Below, piece by piece: positions 30,224-32,000 of a DNA stretch of 32,000 nt. The stretch is from Ferroglobus placidus DSM 10642 (GTDB lineage Archaea; Halobacteriota; Archaeoglobi; Archaeoglobales; Archaeoglobaceae). The DNA is taken from the NCBI RefSeq assembly GCF_000025505.1, contig NC_013849.1:1380001-1412000 (forward strand), given 5' to 3'. Numbering within the stretch: the first letter of the stretch is position 1; the number at the start of each line of letters is the position of its first letter. The notes beneath the pieces were generated by a model. That model was not told the DNA's origin. It made no database searches and saw nothing but the letters and a program-made list of their open reading frames with translations. A program made the translations under genes and the position numbers.

Positions 30224-30496
30224 GACAGTTTTTAAAGAAGGAAATGATAAAAAGCTTGTGTTATCGGAGTGGCTGACTTCTTTACGCGCGTCTTAATCTA
30301 TCTGCAGCGAAGATAAATTAAATCTTTGACAGTTTGTCTGCGTTGATAGCTTTTGGACGAATTTACAGATGACCAGCACATTGTAAGTCAAGCATTGTTA
30401 TACAACATGCCTGGAAAACTTTCTCCTACGTCTCCCCCGTATTTAAGCGTTGAAGAACAACGTCCAAATCCCCTTTAAACTTGTCAAACTTCTTCT

Positions 30497-31132
30497 TCAG
30501 AACTCGAAAAGCTTCTTCTGTCCGAACTTCTTTCTGAGGTTCTCTACAGTCTTCCACCTCTTCCTAACTATCTCGGGAATTTTCCCTCTTTTAATCTGCT
30601 CTTCGAGCCACCTTCTTGTCTTCTCATCAGAAGCGTAACCGCTTCCGAAGTCTCCGTACTCTCTTTTTAGTTCCTCGATTATCTCATCTCTCAGACACTT
30701 GGCAATTATGGATGCGGCAGCGACGACAACTTCCCTTTCCCCTTCGTGCATCGCAACAACCTTTTTCCCCGTTAGCCGCTTCAGCTCTTCCTCAAGCCTT
30801 TCCGGCTTTACGTCGAAGCTGTCCACGAAGACAACATCCGGATTTAGCTTGGAAATTATTTCCACGCAAGCTTCCTTTAAAATTTCGTTTATCGTCGTTT
30901 TTTCCATTTTCGAGTTCAGTTCTTCTGGAGAGATTACGATCGTTTCATGTTCAACAATCTCTTTCAGCTTTTCCGCGAGTTCTTTCCTTTTCTCTGGACT
31001 TAGCCTTTTAGAATCTTTCACTCCGAGTTTTTTTAAAGCTTCAACATCCTTCTCCTCGCATGAGACTCCGCAAACGACTAATGGTCCGATGACAGGACCT
31101 TTTCCAGCCTCGTCTATCCCGGCGATTTTCAT
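30497..31132 (-). CDS. rnhB: Ribonuclease HII
   Basis: AGIDEAGKGPVIGPLVV, GVKDSKRLSPEKR, AAASIIAKCLRDEII, GSGYASDEKTRRWL. Confidence 0.96.
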   Translation of the reverse strand: MKIAGIDEAGKGPVIGPLVVCGVSCEEKDVEALKKLGVKDSKRLSPEKRKELAEKLKEIVEHETIVISPEELNSKMEKTTINEILKEACVEIISKLNPDVVFVDSFDVKPERLEEELKRLTGKKVVAMHEGEREVVVAAASIIAKCLRDEIIEELKREYGDFGSGYASDEKTRRWLEEQIKRGKIPEIVRKRWKTVENLRKKFGQKKLFEF

Positions 31133-31133
31133 C

Positions 31134-32000
31134 TCACAGTCCTAACTTCAGTCCCTTTATCGGCAGCTTACCCTTCTTCAACCTCTTCATCAGATTTTTC
31201 ATCGTGTTGTAGTAATTTAGAAGCTCCTTAACGTCCTGCGGCGTCGTTCCGCTTCCTATCGCTATCCTTCTAATCCTCGAGGAGTCGATTATCTTCGGAT
31301 TTAGCAGCTCTTCTTCCGTCATCGAGTCCATGATAACCTTGAACTTTTTCATCTTCTCCTGAGTCATTTCCAACGCCTCATCGTCAACCTTCAGCGAGAA
31401 GCCGAAGGGCAGCATTTCGAAGATCTTAGAAATGGGTCCCATTTTGTTCATCGCCTCAAGCTGCTTGTAAACGTCTTTCAACGTGAACTTTCCTTTCAAG
31501 AAAGCTTCGGGATCCAATTCCTCCTCTTTAACTATCCTTTCAACCTTCTCGAGGAGAGCTTTAATATCGCCCATTCCTAACAGCCTTGAAACGAAGCCGG
31601 CTGGATCGAACTTTTCGAAATCTTCTATCTTCTCTCCAGTTCCTATGAAGGCTATTGGAATTCCTATGAGCCTCGCAGCTGACAAAGCGCCACCTCCTTT
31701 TGCCGTTCCGTCGAACTTTGTTATGACTATAGCATCTATGCCGACGGCTTCGTTGAAAGCTTCGGCTTGCTTGCTTGCGAGCTGTCCTATGGAAGCGTCT
31801 AAAACTAAGAACTTGTAATCCGGTTTTGAAACTTCCGCAATTCTCTTCATCTCCTCTATTAGCTCTTCCTCCAACGCGTGCCTTCCGGCTGTGTCGATGA
31901 CGATTACGTCGTAGTCCTTAAGTGCTTCCAAACCTTCCTTGACTATCTTAACCGCATCTTTCTCCTCCTTTTTCCCGAAAAATCCTAATCCGGCTTGTTC
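31134..32000 (-). CDS. srp54: Signal recognition particle 54 kDa protein, C-terminal ~2/3 (continues past the window edge)
   Basis: EQAGLGFFGKKEEKDAV...IVIDTAGRHALEEELIEEMKRI, TKFDGTAKGGGALSAARLIGIPIAFIGTGEKIEDFEKFDPAGFVSRLLGMGD, and an M-domain. The frame is open to base 32000. Confidence 0.96.
   Translation of the reverse strand, partial: EQAGLGFFGKKEEKDAVKIVKEGLEALKDYDVIVIDTAGRHALEEELIEEMKRIAEVSKPDYKFLVLDASIGQLASKQAEAFNEAVGIDAIVITKFDGTAKGGGALSAARLIGIPIAFIGTGEKIEDFEKFDPAGFVSRLLGMGDIKALLEKVERIVKEEELDPEAFLKGKFTLKDVYKQLEAMNKMGPISKIFEMLPFGFSLKVDDEALEMTQEKMKKFKVIMDSMTEEELLNPKIIDSSRIRRIAIGSGTTPQDVKELLNYYNTMKNLMKRLKKGKLPIKGLKLGL

Overview
This 32 kb window comes from a thermophilic euryarchaeon, most likely of the Archaeoglobales (Archaeoglobus/Ferroglobus/Geoglobus type). 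That assignment is an inference from gene content and the rRNA. It is densely packed housekeeping DNA. The minus strand carries a DUF362 ferredoxin, ileS, mptE, GT4, GT2 and a UPF0104-type membrane protein. Next come a zinc ribbon plus rtcA, and a membrane-bound [NiFe] hydrogenase operon (small subunit, cytochrome b, large subunit). These are followed by a DUF99 protein, a CAP-domain protein, topA, and a GTP cyclohydrolase II with a degenerate DHBP-synthase-like domain. Further on are a radical SAM/SPASM gene with tiny Cys-rich ORFs in front, a frame-disrupted K+ channel, mfnA, mobA, moaA, a 48-aa ORF, hisC and an AK6/Fap7-like kinase. The 16S / tRNA-Ala(TGC) / 23S operon follows, with legible bulge-helix-bulge processing stems. 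A ubiD-family decarboxylase, rnhB and the 3' part of srp54 close the window. There is no 5S, CRISPR or transposon. The best candidate for an undescribed system is 17532..18811. There a 20-aa peptide ORF, MRVKKVEGRKRRICKCASTC, sits behind an 8-nt perfect match to this genome's own anti-Shine-Dalgarno. It overlaps a 62-aa Cys-containing ORF, followed by a radical SAM/SPASM enzyme, an arrangement resembling a minimal RiPP locus. Other notable points are an Asp replacing the first Cys of the CxxC in the hydrogenase small subunit, a DLCxxCxxH motif in the large subunit, and a K+ channel whose start (ATGA overlap with mfnA) is separated from its body by a one-base frame break in a short A-run.
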